Source of the DNA: Nocardioidaceae bacterium | Lineage (GTDB): Bacteria > Actinomycetota > Actinomycetes > Propionibacteriales > Nocardioidaceae | DNA: 64,000 nt | Direction: 5' to 3' | Assembly: GCA_035297905.1 (NCBI GenBank) | Contig: DATGYO010000083.1 | Coordinates: 11,536 to 75,535, forward strand | Part shown: piece after piece, positions 19,604 to 28,342 of the stretch | How the letters are laid out: every line of letters begins with the position of its first letter | Numbering within the stretch: the first letter of the stretch is position 1 | Notes under the pieces: model-generated | What the model saw: the letters and a program-made list of their open reading frames with translations, nothing else | Databases searched by the model: none | What the model was told of the DNA's origin: nothing | Made by a program: the position numbers and the translations under genes

Positions 19604-20707
19604 ATGCGTCTGCCTGTGATGCCACCCGTGCAACCGATGCTCGCCAAGTCGGTGAAGGGCATCCCCGACCCTGCCAAGTTCGACGGTGGCCTGTCCTTCG
19701 AGCCGAAGTGGGACGGCTTCCGGTGCATCGTCTTCCGCGACGGGGACGAGGTGATCCTCGCCAGCCGGAACACCAAGGAGCTGACCCGCTACTTCCCCGA
19801 GGTCGTCGAGGCGGTGAGACGCTCGTTGCCGCCACGCTGCGTCGTGGACGGCGAGATCTTCGTCGCGATCGGCGAGCGGCTGGAGTTCGAGCGGCTCCAG
19901 GAGCGGATCCATCCTGCCGACTCGCGGGTCAGGATGCTCGCCGAGGCGACCCCGGCGTCGTTCGTCGCCTTCGACCTCCTCGCCGTCGACGACGAGTCCC
20001 TCATGAAAGAGCCGTTCGCGGTCCGACGTACCCGGCTCGAGGAAGCCCTGGCGAACGCGACCGCACCCGTGTACCTGACCCGCACCACCACCGACACCGC
20101 CGAGGCCGAGGACTGGTTCTCGCAGTTCGAGGGTGCCGGCCTCGACGGAGTGGTGGCCAAGCCGATGAGTGCGGCCTACCAGCCGAACGTGCGGACGATG
20201 CTCAAGATCAAGCACGAACGCACCGCGGACGTCGTCGTCGCCGGCTACCGCCTGCACAAGACCTCGACGCCCGACAAGCCGCTGCTCGGCTCGCTGCTGC
20301 TCGGGCTGTACGACGACAAGGGCACCCTCCAGCACGTCGGGGTGTCGGCGTCGTTCACGGCGAAGCGACGGGCTGAGCTGATCGAGGAGCTCGCGCCGCT
20401 CGTCGTGGACACCGATGAGCATCCCTGGGGCGGGTGGGCCGAGGCCGAGCACCACAACGTCACCGGTGAACGGCTTCCCGGAGCCCAGAGCCGATGGAGC
20501 GCCGGCAAGGACCTCTCGTTCGTGCCCCTCGAACCGAGGCTCGTGCTCGAGGTCGGATACGACCACATGGAGGGCACACGTTTCCGCCACACCGCCCAGT
20601 TCAAGAGGTGGCGGCCCGACCGCGATCCCGCGACATGCGGATACGAGCAGTTGGAAGAGCCGATGAACTACGACTTGGGTAGGGTCTTGACCACCAGATC
20701 TTCATGA
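19604..20707 (+). CDS. ligC: ATP-dependent DNA ligase, LigC-type (ligase core only)
   Basis: Motif I 'EPKWDGFR' (KxDG), 'GLDGVVAKP' and 'MLKIKHERT'. About 367 aa with no polymerase or phosphoesterase domains. Start at 'MRLPVMPP'. Confidence 0.85.
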   Translation: MRLPVMPPVQPMLAKSVKGIPDPAKFDGGLSFEPKWDGFRCIVFRDGDEVILASRNTKELTRYFPEVVEAVRRSLPPRCVVDGEIFVAIGERLEFERLQERIHPADSRVRMLAEATPASFVAFDLLAVDDESLMKEPFAVRRTRLEEALANATAPVYLTRTTTDTAEAEDWFSQFEGAGLDGVVAKPMSAAYQPNVRTMLKIKHERTADVVVAGYRLHKTSTPDKPLLGSLLLGLYDDKGTLQHVGVSASFTAKRRAELIEELAPLVVDTDEHPWGGWAEAEHHNVTGERLPGAQSRWSAGKDLSFVPLEPRLVLEVGYDHMEGTRFRHTAQFKRWRPDRDPATCGYEQLEEPMNYDLGRVLTTRSS

Positions 20708-21276
20708 GCGGAGGGCATCACCCCATGAGTGCCTCAGGCGACACCACCTACGACGTCGTGCTCCTCATCGAGCAGCCGCTCTCGGAGCAGGATGCGCGCC
20801 AGGTGCGAGGCCTGCATGAGGAGCTCGAGGAGCACGTCAGGTACCACGTGCTGCTGCCGGTCGAGGACGCCGCGGCGCGAGTCGAGTCCGCAATGGGTTC
20901 CCTGGCGGCCAGCGAGGTGCTCGCCTCGCCCGCGCTGGTCATGAACGAGGAGGACCTCGAGAGCATCCAGCACGAGCTGCTGGACAACGCCCGGCGTGAG
21001 CTGTCCTCGAGCATCGACCGTCTTGTCGCCGCAGGCGGCGACGCGGTCGGCGAGATCGTGGCCATCGACCCCATCGATGCCTTGGCGTCGAAGGTGAAGG
21101 CGGTCGACGGCCGGGAGGCGATCATCCTCACCCGGCCTCACGTGGTCTCGGAGTTCTTCCACATGGACTGGAGCTCGCGCGCTCGCCGCAAGATCGGTGT
21201 CCCCGTGCTGCATCTCCTCGAGCACGAGAGCTTCGACGAGCAGGCCGGTGGCGGCGAGGGTGTCACGGGCGTCTGA
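20704..21276 (+). CDS. Hypothetical acidic protein (weak USP-like C-terminus)
   Basis: 190 aa. Its ATG overlaps the ligC TGA (ATGA). High GC3. The C-terminal 'AIILTRPHVV...KIGVPVLHLLE' is faintly USP-like. No confident family call. Confidence 0.6.
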   Translation: MSGGHHPMSASGDTTYDVVLLIEQPLSEQDARQVRGLHEELEEHVRYHVLLPVEDAAARVESAMGSLAASEVLASPALVMNEEDLESIQHELLDNARRELSSSIDRLVAAGGDAVGEIVAIDPIDALASKVKAVDGREAIILTRPHVVSEFFHMDWSSRARRKIGVPVLHLLEHESFDEQAGGGEGVTGV

Positions 21277-21298
21277 CGCCGCCGCCGAAACCTCACCG

Positions 21299-21320
21299 GC
21301 ACTGCAGAGTTCTGCAGTGC
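21299..21320. repeat. Perfect 10+2+10 inverted repeat GCACTGCAGAgtTCTGCAGTGC
   Basis: Read directly from the sequence. It lies 22 nt after the stop at 21276 and about 180 nt upstream of the M6 protease gene. It could be a terminator hairpin or an operator. Confidence 0.9.
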
Positions 21321-21500
21321 ACAAACCTGCACGCCCGGTTTCACGCTCGACGACCGGCCGTGACTAAACGTTTACCTCCGCTCCTCTGGACTTTTGCTCG
21401 ATCCTCTTGATGAAGTGCCCGAGTTGCGACGAAAGTCGCGAACTGCCACGCCGCTGACAAAACATCGGCGTGCACTCCCTTCACTCACAGGAGGATCTCC

Positions 21501-23843
21501 GTGAAGCGACGCATCCTTGGCGTCCTGGGTGGTGCCACCACGGCCGCCCTGCTCGCAACCGCGCTGCAGGGGCCTGCGGAAGCCGCACCCCCGACCGGCT
21601 CTGACACCGCACGGCAGCAGGGCGCTGCCAACGGCAAGGCCGACGACCGTCCCGACCACCGAGAGGCCGGCCGCCGCCAGCTGAGCAAGCGCGCCGCCGA
21701 GCTCGTGCTCACCGGCAAGCGGCAGGTCGAGGACCGCAACGGCTCCAAGGCGGTGCGTGTCGCGCCGGGCCAGTGGGCACAGTACGGCACCTCGTCCAGC
21801 GACCAGCTGCTCTCGTTCCTCGTCGAGTTCGGCGACGGCTCGACCACCAGGACCGGCAAGGGCACCAAGAAGACTGCCCCCACCACCGACGGGTCCACGA
21901 GCGGGCCGCTCCACAACCAGATCCCTGCTCCCGACCGCGCGACCGACAACAGCACGTACTGGAAGTCCGACTTCAACAAGCAGCACTACATGGACATGTT
22001 CTTCAACGGCATGCCCGAGCAGAACGGCGAATCATTCAAGAACGCCTACGAAGAGATGTCGAGCGGCCGCTACACCGTCGGCGGCGACGTCAGCGACTGG
22101 GTGAAGGTGGACCACCCGGAGAGCTACTACGGCGCCGAGAGCCAAGCCGACATGACCAACTTCATCGACGACACGGCGGAGGCCTGGTACAAGTCCCAGG
22201 TCGCCGCCGGCAAGAGCCGGGCGCAGATCGTCGACTACCTGAAGAGCTTCGACCAGTGGGACCGCTACGACCACGACGGCGACGGCGACTTCAACGAGCC
22301 GGACGGCTACATCGACCACTTCCAGGCCATCCACGCCGGCGAGGGCGAAGAGGCCGGGGCCCCCGAGTGGACCATCTGGTCGCACCGCTGGGCGGTCAAC
22401 CAGAGCGGCACCTACGCCGACGGAACGGGGCCTGCCGACGCACAGTACGGCGGCATCCAGATCGGTGACACCGGCCTCTGGATCCGCGACTACACGACCG
22501 AGCCCGAGAACGGCGGCCTCGGCGTGTTCACCCACGAGTTCGGCCACGACCTGGGACTGCCCGACTTCTACGACACCCAGGGCGGCGACAACGGCACCGC
22601 GTTCTGGACCCTCATGAGCTCCGGTTCGTGGCTCGGCCACGGGGACGGCGCCATCGGCACCACGCCCAACCACATGGGTCCGTGGGAGAAGTTCCAGCTC
22701 GGCTGGCTGGACTACGACGTGGCGCGCACCGGGCAGACCTCGAGTCATGACCTCGGACCGTCGTACCACGCAACGAAGATGGCGCAGGCAGTGATCGCGA
22801 TCCTGCCGAAGAAGAGCCGCAGCTACGACCTCGGCGCCGCAGCAGAGGGCTCGAACTACTTCTACTCGGGCCGCGGCGACGACCGCACGGCGACCTTGAC
22901 CAGTCCTGCCTTCACCGTGCCTTCCGGAGGCGGCCAGGTCAGCACACAGGTGAAGTACGACATCGAGAAGGACTGGGACTACGCCTACACCGAGCTGACC
23001 ACCGACGGCGGCGCGACGTGGAAGCCGATCGCGACGAGCGCGTCGACGACGACCAACCCGAACGGCTCCAACGAGGGCTTCGGCATCACGGGCTCGACCA
23101 GCGGCGCGTGGGTGCCGATGACGGCCACACTGCCGTCCGCGGAGGCCGGTAAGACCGCGCAGCTGCGGTTCCGGATGGTCAACGACGCCGCGGTCAACGA
23201 GACCGGCTTCCTTGTGGACGCGATCAGCGTCGCCGGCGTCGTCACCACCGGCGCTGAGAGCGGCGCGGACGGCTGGACGCTGGACGGGTTCGCCATCGCC
23301 GACAAGGGTGTGGTCCAGCGGCAGTACAGCCACTACTACATCGCCGAGAACCGGACGTACGGCGGTTACGACTCGACGCTCAAGACCGGTCCGTACAACT
23401 TCGGCTGGGCGACGACGGCGCCGAACCGCGTCGAGCACTTCCCGTACCAGGACGGCCTGCTGGTCTGGTACTGGGACACGGAGTTCTCGAACAACAACAC
23501 GAGCGAGCACATGGGCGGCGGCGAGGCCCTGCCCGTAGACGCCCGCGCGGCGTCGCTGAAATGGTCCGACGGCACGATCGCCCGCAGCCGGGTGCAGGCC
23601 TTCGACGCCACCTTCGGGCTCACGCCGACCGACCCGATCTCGCTGCATCGCGAGACCGCCAACGGCATGACCACCCTCACGGCACCCTCGCGGCCGGCTG
23701 TCGCGGTCTTCGACGACACCGACCCGCAGCGGTACTACGACGCCGCGAACCCAGGCGCCAGCGTGGTCGTCGGTGGCACCGGAACCCGGATCGAGGTCAT
23801 CAGCACGACCCAGAACGGGTCGATGCAGGTGGTGGTCCGCTGA
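21501..23843 (+). CDS. Secreted M6 family metalloprotease (immune inhibitor A-like)
   Basis: GTG start preceded by AGGAGG. Signal peptide 'ALLATALQGPAEA'. Zinc motif 'HEFGHDLGLPDFYD'. 780 aa. Confidence 0.9.
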   Translation: MKRRILGVLGGATTAALLATALQGPAEAAPPTGSDTARQQGAANGKADDRPDHREAGRRQLSKRAAELVLTGKRQVEDRNGSKAVRVAPGQWAQYGTSSSDQLLSFLVEFGDGSTTRTGKGTKKTAPTTDGSTSGPLHNQIPAPDRATDNSTYWKSDFNKQHYMDMFFNGMPEQNGESFKNAYEEMSSGRYTVGGDVSDWVKVDHPESYYGAESQADMTNFIDDTAEAWYKSQVAAGKSRAQIVDYLKSFDQWDRYDHDGDGDFNEPDGYIDHFQAIHAGEGEEAGAPEWTIWSHRWAVNQSGTYADGTGPADAQYGGIQIGDTGLWIRDYTTEPENGGLGVFTHEFGHDLGLPDFYDTQGGDNGTAFWTLMSSGSWLGHGDGAIGTTPNHMGPWEKFQLGWLDYDVARTGQTSSHDLGPSYHATKMAQAVIAILPKKSRSYDLGAAAEGSNYFYSGRGDDRTATLTSPAFTVPSGGGQVSTQVKYDIEKDWDYAYTELTTDGGATWKPIATSASTTTNPNGSNEGFGITGSTSGAWVPMTATLPSAEAGKTAQLRFRMVNDAAVNETGFLVDAISVAGVVTTGAESGADGWTLDGFAIADKGVVQRQYSHYYIAENRTYGGYDSTLKTGPYNFGWATTAPNRVEHFPYQDGLLVWYWDTEFSNNNTSEHMGGGEALPVDARAASLKWSDGTIARSRVQAFDATFGLTPTDPISLHRETANGMTTLTAPSRPAVAVFDDTDPQRYYDAANPGASVVVGGTGTRIEVISTTQNGSMQVVVR

Positions 23844-23877
23844 GACCGGTCAGCATCGCCTGAGCTCATGACGGTTC

Positions 23878-23907
23878 GGGGCCGGGGAGAGCGATCTTCC
23901 CGGCCCC
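23878..23907. terminator. GC-rich hairpin between convergent genes
   Basis: GGGGCCGGGGA/TTCCCGGCCCC forms an 11-bp stem (one G-U) with an 8-nt loop, followed by TT. Lies 35 nt after the protease stop. Confidence 0.6.
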
Positions 23908-23928
23908 TTCCCGTCTCGGCTAACGGAG

Positions 23929-24180
23929 CTAGGAGGTAGCCCGCGCAGCGAACGGCGGCGCCAGCTGCCAGGTGGGCAGGGGCAGGTCCTGGCGTCGACG
24001 GAACGCGAGGCCGAAGACCTCGACCTCGTCGGACGCCTCCTCGAGCCACATCTCGAAGCACGACTCGATCACTGCCAGGACGGCCGGGTTGGTGATCCTC
24101 ACGGCGAGAGCAGCCTGCCAGCCGGCGGTGAACGCCTCGCGCAGCATCTCCCGTTCGCGCTCCAGCTCCGCCTCGTTCAT
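23929..24180 (-). CDS. Hypothetical small protein (83 aa)
   Basis: High GC3 and a strong SD (GAGGGGAGGG) upstream of the ATG. No family recognised. Confidence 0.6.
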   Translation of the reverse strand: MNEAELEREREMLREAFTAGWQAALAVRITNPAVLAVIESCFEMWLEEASDEVEVFGLAFRRRQDLPLPTWQLAPPFAARATS

Positions 24181-24589
24181 GGAGCCCTCCCCTCTTTAGA
24201 TCAGGAGAGCACCAGCGGTCCGGCTGCGACATCGACACTTTGGGTGAAGGGCCGCGCAGAGGTGGGCTAGCCCGGACGCCCAGTCGGGTCAGGAGAGGGC
24301 CGCGAGCGCGCCGGGTCCGGCGAACCAGGGGACAGGAGCGGCCGCGGCAAGAGCGAGTCGGTGATTCGCAGGAGACCTCGACTCGCGGCCTTTCCTTTCA
24401 TGGGAGGGCGCCCGGCGCTGCTCGCGGCTGGTTGGCACCACGGCATCCTCGGGGACCAGGAGGCGCCGTGGCCTGAACTGCAACTCCATGGTCGCCGCGC
24501 TCCGGCGATCCCCCGAGAGCCGGATGCGCCAGTCTTTCTAGTGCAGTTGCACCAGCTTTGCCGGAAGAGCCGATCGTGGAGGGCCAGCG

Positions 24590-25288
24590 TCACGTTCCCG
24601 AGTAGAGCCCCCGGCGTACGGCGATGGACAGCGCCTCCAGCTTGCTGTGTGCACCCAGCTTCGCCGAGAGGTTCGAGATGTGGTTCCGGACGGTGTTCAC
24701 GCTGACCGTGAGCTCCTCGGCGATCGCGGCGTTGGAGAGGCCGTGGCCGAGCATGTTCAGCACTTCCTGTTCGCGCTTGGTCAGACAGGGCTCCGGGCCC
24801 GGGGACCGGCTGAGCTTGGGCAGCAGCCGCGACAGCATCTCCGGTGAGATCACAGCCTCCCCCGCGGCGGCGGCGCGTACGGCGGCGGTGACTTCTGCCA
24901 GCCCTCGGGTCTTGGAGACGAAACCCGCCGCGCCGGCCTCGATGGCCTGGACCAGCACGTCGTCCGCCACCGCTGCGGTCAGGACCACGACGTTCATGGA
25001 CGGCCTGATCGCTCGCAGCTCGGGGATGGCAGCTACGCCATCGCCGTCGGGCAGCCTCCGGTCGAGAAGCAGGACATCGGGAGCCGCAGAGACCACCCGG
25101 GCGCGAGCCTGAGCCAACGTCTGGGCCAAACCCACCGAAACCATGTCAGGCTCGTCGTCGAGGACCCTCGCAAGGCTCGCGGCAAGTACCTCGTGGTCAT
25201 CGACGATGAGCACGCGAATCAGCCGACCACTGTCGATCGAGTGCTCGGTCTGCTGTGGTGCGTTCGCCTGGTCCACGTCGACCAACAC
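24590..25288 (-). CDS. NarL/FixJ-type response regulator (REC + LuxR HTH)
   Basis: 'RVLIVDDHEVL', phospho-acceptor region 'VLLLDRRLPDGDG', and a C-terminal LuxR HTH 'LTKREQEVLNMLGHGLSNAAIAEELTVSVNTVRNH'. Confidence 0.9.
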   Translation of the reverse strand: MLVDVDQANAPQQTEHSIDSGRLIRVLIVDDHEVLAASLARVLDDEPDMVSVGLAQTLAQARARVVSAAPDVLLLDRRLPDGDGVAAIPELRAIRPSMNVVVLTAAVADDVLVQAIEAGAAGFVSKTRGLAEVTAAVRAAAAGEAVISPEMLSRLLPKLSRSPGPEPCLTKREQEVLNMLGHGLSNAAIAEELTVSVNTVRNHISNLSAKLGAHSKLEALSIAVRRGLYSGT

Positions 25289-25436
25289 CTCCCCCCGGCG
25301 AGACGCTGCGTGACGGTCGCCACATCTAGTATGCGGGCACTAGTCGCCGGCGTCGCCGGTATGCACGTGCCCTCGAGTCATCTGGTGCATGATGAGAGTT
25401 CCCCGCGGAAGCATGACCTAGTCCTGGTAGAGGGAA

Positions 25437-25910
25437 GTGATGGGACGCATCCGGGTCTTGATCGCCGACGACCACCGCGAGGTGCTGTCGGCTCTGGTGA
25501 GTGTGCTGGAGGACGACCCGCGGTTCACTGTCGTCGGCACCGCGGCAACCGGCCCGGAGGCCTACAGGGCTGCCACCGAGGAGGCGGTCGACCTCGTCCT
25601 GCTCGACGTGCACATGCCCGGCGGTGGGCCCACAGCCGCCAGCGCCATGACCGCCCTCCGCCCTTCGCCCGTGGTGGTGGCCATCTCCGCAGAGTCGGGC
25701 TCGGGCGTTGTCGAGCAGATGCTGCGCGCCGGGGCTGTCGGTTTCCTGACGAAGGGTCGGGTCGGGGACATGCTTCCGGACCTGCTGGTCCGCTGTGCCG
25801 AAGGCGAGGTCATCCTGGCCACCCCGGCGGCCGCAGGCGCGCTCAGGGCGGCGCTCGGGCCGACCACAGTCCCCAGCGACGAGTCCCCGGCATCGGTCGT
25901 CCACACGTGA
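25437..25910 (+). CDS. Single-domain response regulator (REC only)
   Basis: 'RVLIADDH' and 'VLLDVHMPGGG', with no output domain. Start is GTG 25437 or ATG 25440. Its stop overlaps the kinase GTG (GTGA). Confidence 0.85.
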   Translation: MMGRIRVLIADDHREVLSALVSVLEDDPRFTVVGTAATGPEAYRAATEEAVDLVLLDVHMPGGGPTAASAMTALRPSPVVVAISAESGSGVVEQMLRAGAVGFLTKGRVGDMLPDLLVRCAEGEVILATPAAAGALRAALGPTTVPSDESPASVVHT

Positions 25911-28228
25911 GCGCACCCGAGCAAGGTCCCGCGGTCGGCCCGCAGGTGATCTTCGGCTTCGACAGCAGTGGCCTGTGCACGCTGTCGACGGGTGCCGGTC
26001 TAGTCGATCTTGGCCTGCGGCCTGGTCAGCTGGTCGGTCAGAACCTCTTCGAGGTGTACGAGAACGACCCGTCGGCTCTGGCCGCACTGCGACGGGTCCT
26101 GGCCGGCGAGACGTTCAGCACCGAGCGGGAGTTCGACGGACGCATCCTGTCGGTCTACTACGAACCCGTCCGTGACGTGGACGGCACCGTGACCGGCGCA
26201 CTCGGCGTGAGTACCGACGTCACCGAGCAACGGCGTATCGAGAGAGAGGTGCGCGCCTCCCGGGAGCGAGCCAGGCTGCTTGCCGACCTGTCCACGGCGC
26301 TTACCCGGGAGGTTCTCGACCTCGAGGCGCTGCTGCGTGTCGCGGTCCGCTCGGTGACAGAAGCCGTCGCCGACGTCGGCGCCATCTGGCTCTACAGCCC
26401 TGCCAGGGACCGCCTCGACCTAAGGGCGGTGTGGCGGATGCCCCCGGACTCCAGGAGGTCATCGAACGGCCGAGCGCCCAGTGCGCCGCATCGGATGGCG
26501 GCCGTCGACGTGGCTGATGCGGATGCGCTGAGCGGCGCCCGGATCATCGACCTGGCTGCGGCCGGTGACGCCGGATTCGCCGGTGACGAGCTCCTGACAA
26601 GGTGGTCGAAGCGCTTCGGGCTGCAGACAGACCTCCGTGTACCGCTTCACTCCCGTGGGCTCTTGCTCGGCGTTCTCGACGTCGCCAGAGGAAGCCTCCG
26701 GGGCGCCTTCACCGACGAAGACATCAGCCTGGTCACGGACATCGCCGAGAGGTGCGCGCTCGCCCTCGACAACTCCCTGCTTCTGGAGGCACACAAGCAG
26801 TCGCGCGAGGAGCTGGTGAAGTTCCAGGCGCTCGCAGACGCGTCAGGCGATCTCATCGCGATCTCGGACAACGACGGCCACTGGCTGCACGTGAACCCCC
26901 GCATACACGAGTACGGTGTCGAGCTCGTCGAGGACGACGCCTGGTCCACGATCGACACCCACGTGGGCCCTTCGGCCGCCGACGCGATGCGCAGTGCCCT
27001 GGAGGCGGCGGGGCGGTGGTCCGGAGACCTGACGGCGTCGATCTCCGGCGAAGAACTGATCGTGCACGGCGATGTCTTCCGCCTCTCGCACCCCGACACC
27101 GGAGCGGCCCTCGGTACTGCCTGGATCGGCCAGGACGTCACCGAGATCCGGGCAACTGAGGCCGCATTTCGCGGGGCCAACGCTGATCTCAAGCAGTTCA
27201 AGGCGCTCGTGGAAGCGTCCCCCGACTTCATCGCGATCGCGGGCCTGGACGGAAAGGTGAAGTACGTCAACCCGCCGGGCCGAGAGCTGATCGGCATGGA
27301 TCCCGCGATCGACGTCACGACCACCACCATCTCCGACTACCTCACCCCCGAGGGTCTCGTGGCGTCCGAGCAGATCGAGCAGCCAGCGGTCATTGCAAAC
27401 GGCCACTGGGAAGGTGAGTCGACCCTGCGAAACCACCGGGGTCCGCCGATCCCTGTCGCTATCGCGAGCTTCCTCATCCGTGATGCCGCGACCGGCGAAC
27501 CGTTCGCCCTGGCGACCGTGCAGCGAGACATCACCGAACGACTGGCAGCCGAGACCGCGCTTCGCGAGCTGGTGGACCAGCGGGAAGCACTTCTGACGCG
27601 GCTCGTCGACGCCCAGGACGCTGAACGGACGCAGATCGCCGCCGACGTCCACGACGACCCGGTGCAGGCCCTCGCCGCGGTCGACCTGCGCCTCGGACTC
27701 CTGAGACGACAGCTCCGCGAGCAGGCACCCCAGCTCCTCGACACGCTGGAACCGCTGCAGGCAAGCGTCACGGGTGCGACCGATCGGCTCCGGGCACTGC
27801 TGTTCGACCTCGAACCACCGGACCTGGAACACGGGTTGGCCGCGGCGCTGTTGCGAGCCGCCGAGGAGATCTTCGAGAACACCGCGACAAGCTGGTCCGT
27901 GGACGGCGCCGAGGAACCAGACGTGCCGGACGCCACCCGCGCCATCGCCTACAGGATCGGCAAGGAGGCGATGATCAACGCCCGCAAGCACGCCTCGGCG
28001 AGAAACGTCTCGGTCAGCGTGGCCGGCCGCGAAGGCGGGCTCGTGGTGTCCATCGCTGACGACGGGGTCGGTCTGGGCCCTGAACCCATCGAGCCCACGC
28101 CAGGGCACCGGGGGCTCTTCAGCATGCGTGACAGAGCAGCCGTGGCCGGTGGCTGGTGCTCGCTACGCAACCGCCGAGGTGGAGGAACGCGCGTCACGGT
28201 GTGGCTTCCGGGTCCCTCGCCACGCTGA
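25907..28228 (+). CDS. Cytoplasmic multi-sensor histidine kinase (PAS-GAF-PAS-PAS-HisKA_3-HATPase)
   Basis: No TM segments. H-box 'ERTQIAADVHDDPVQAL' (HisKA_3 type). ATPase motifs 'NARKHA' and 'ADDGVGL'. The track ORF from 25193 is an in-frame upstream extension overlapping the REC gene. Confidence 0.85.
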   Translation: MSAPEQGPAVGPQVIFGFDSSGLCTLSTGAGLVDLGLRPGQLVGQNLFEVYENDPSALAALRRVLAGETFSTEREFDGRILSVYYEPVRDVDGTVTGALGVSTDVTEQRRIEREVRASRERARLLADLSTALTREVLDLEALLRVAVRSVTEAVADVGAIWLYSPARDRLDLRAVWRMPPDSRRSSNGRAPSAPHRMAAVDVADADALSGARIIDLAAAGDAGFAGDELLTRWSKRFGLQTDLRVPLHSRGLLLGVLDVARGSLRGAFTDEDISLVTDIAERCALALDNSLLLEAHKQSREELVKFQALADASGDLIAISDNDGHWLHVNPRIHEYGVELVEDDAWSTIDTHVGPSAADAMRSALEAAGRWSGDLTASISGEELIVHGDVFRLSHPDTGAALGTAWIGQDVTEIRATEAAFRGANADLKQFKALVEASPDFIAIAGLDGKVKYVNPPGRELIGMDPAIDVTTTTISDYLTPEGLVASEQIEQPAVIANGHWEGESTLRNHRGPPIPVAIASFLIRDAATGEPFALATVQRDITERLAAETALRELVDQREALLTRLVDAQDAERTQIAADVHDDPVQALAAVDLRLGLLRRQLREQAPQLLDTLEPLQASVTGATDRLRALLFDLEPPDLEHGLAAALLRAAEEIFENTATSWSVDGAEEPDVPDATRAIAYRIGKEAMINARKHASARNVSVSVAGREGGLVVSIADDGVGLGPEPIEPTPGHRGLFSMRDRAAVAGGWCSLRNRRGGGTRVTVWLPGPSPR

Positions 28229-28306
28229 ATGGTGCGTGTGCACTACACAGGTTCGTACCCGTGCACCGGGCGTGGGACGCTTCTGGCCTCACATAATGGA
28301 GACAAC

Positions 28307-28342
28307 GCCGATCGGCCCGTATCCCCCGTCGGGCCGATCGGC
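28307..28342 (+). terminator. Strong hairpin downstream of the kinase operon
   Basis: Perfect 13-bp stem GCCGATCGGCCCG/CGGGCCGATCGGC with a 10-nt C-rich loop (TATCCCCCGT). Lies 79 nt after the stop at 28228. No T-tract. Confidence 0.5.

Noticed and set aside
24289-24489. 66-aa minus-strand ORF in the 409-nt gap.
   Set aside because: It has only moderate GC3, an Arg-rich low-complexity product and no SD. I cannot tell it apart from a chance ORF.
25193-25906. In-frame N-terminal extension of the histidine kinase ORF (the track gives 1011 aa).
   Set aside because: The extension overlaps the divergent promoter region and the whole REC-only gene in another frame, and it is compositionally aberrant. 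A GTG at 25907 with a GTGA overlap to the REC stop gives a sensible PAS-domain N-terminus.
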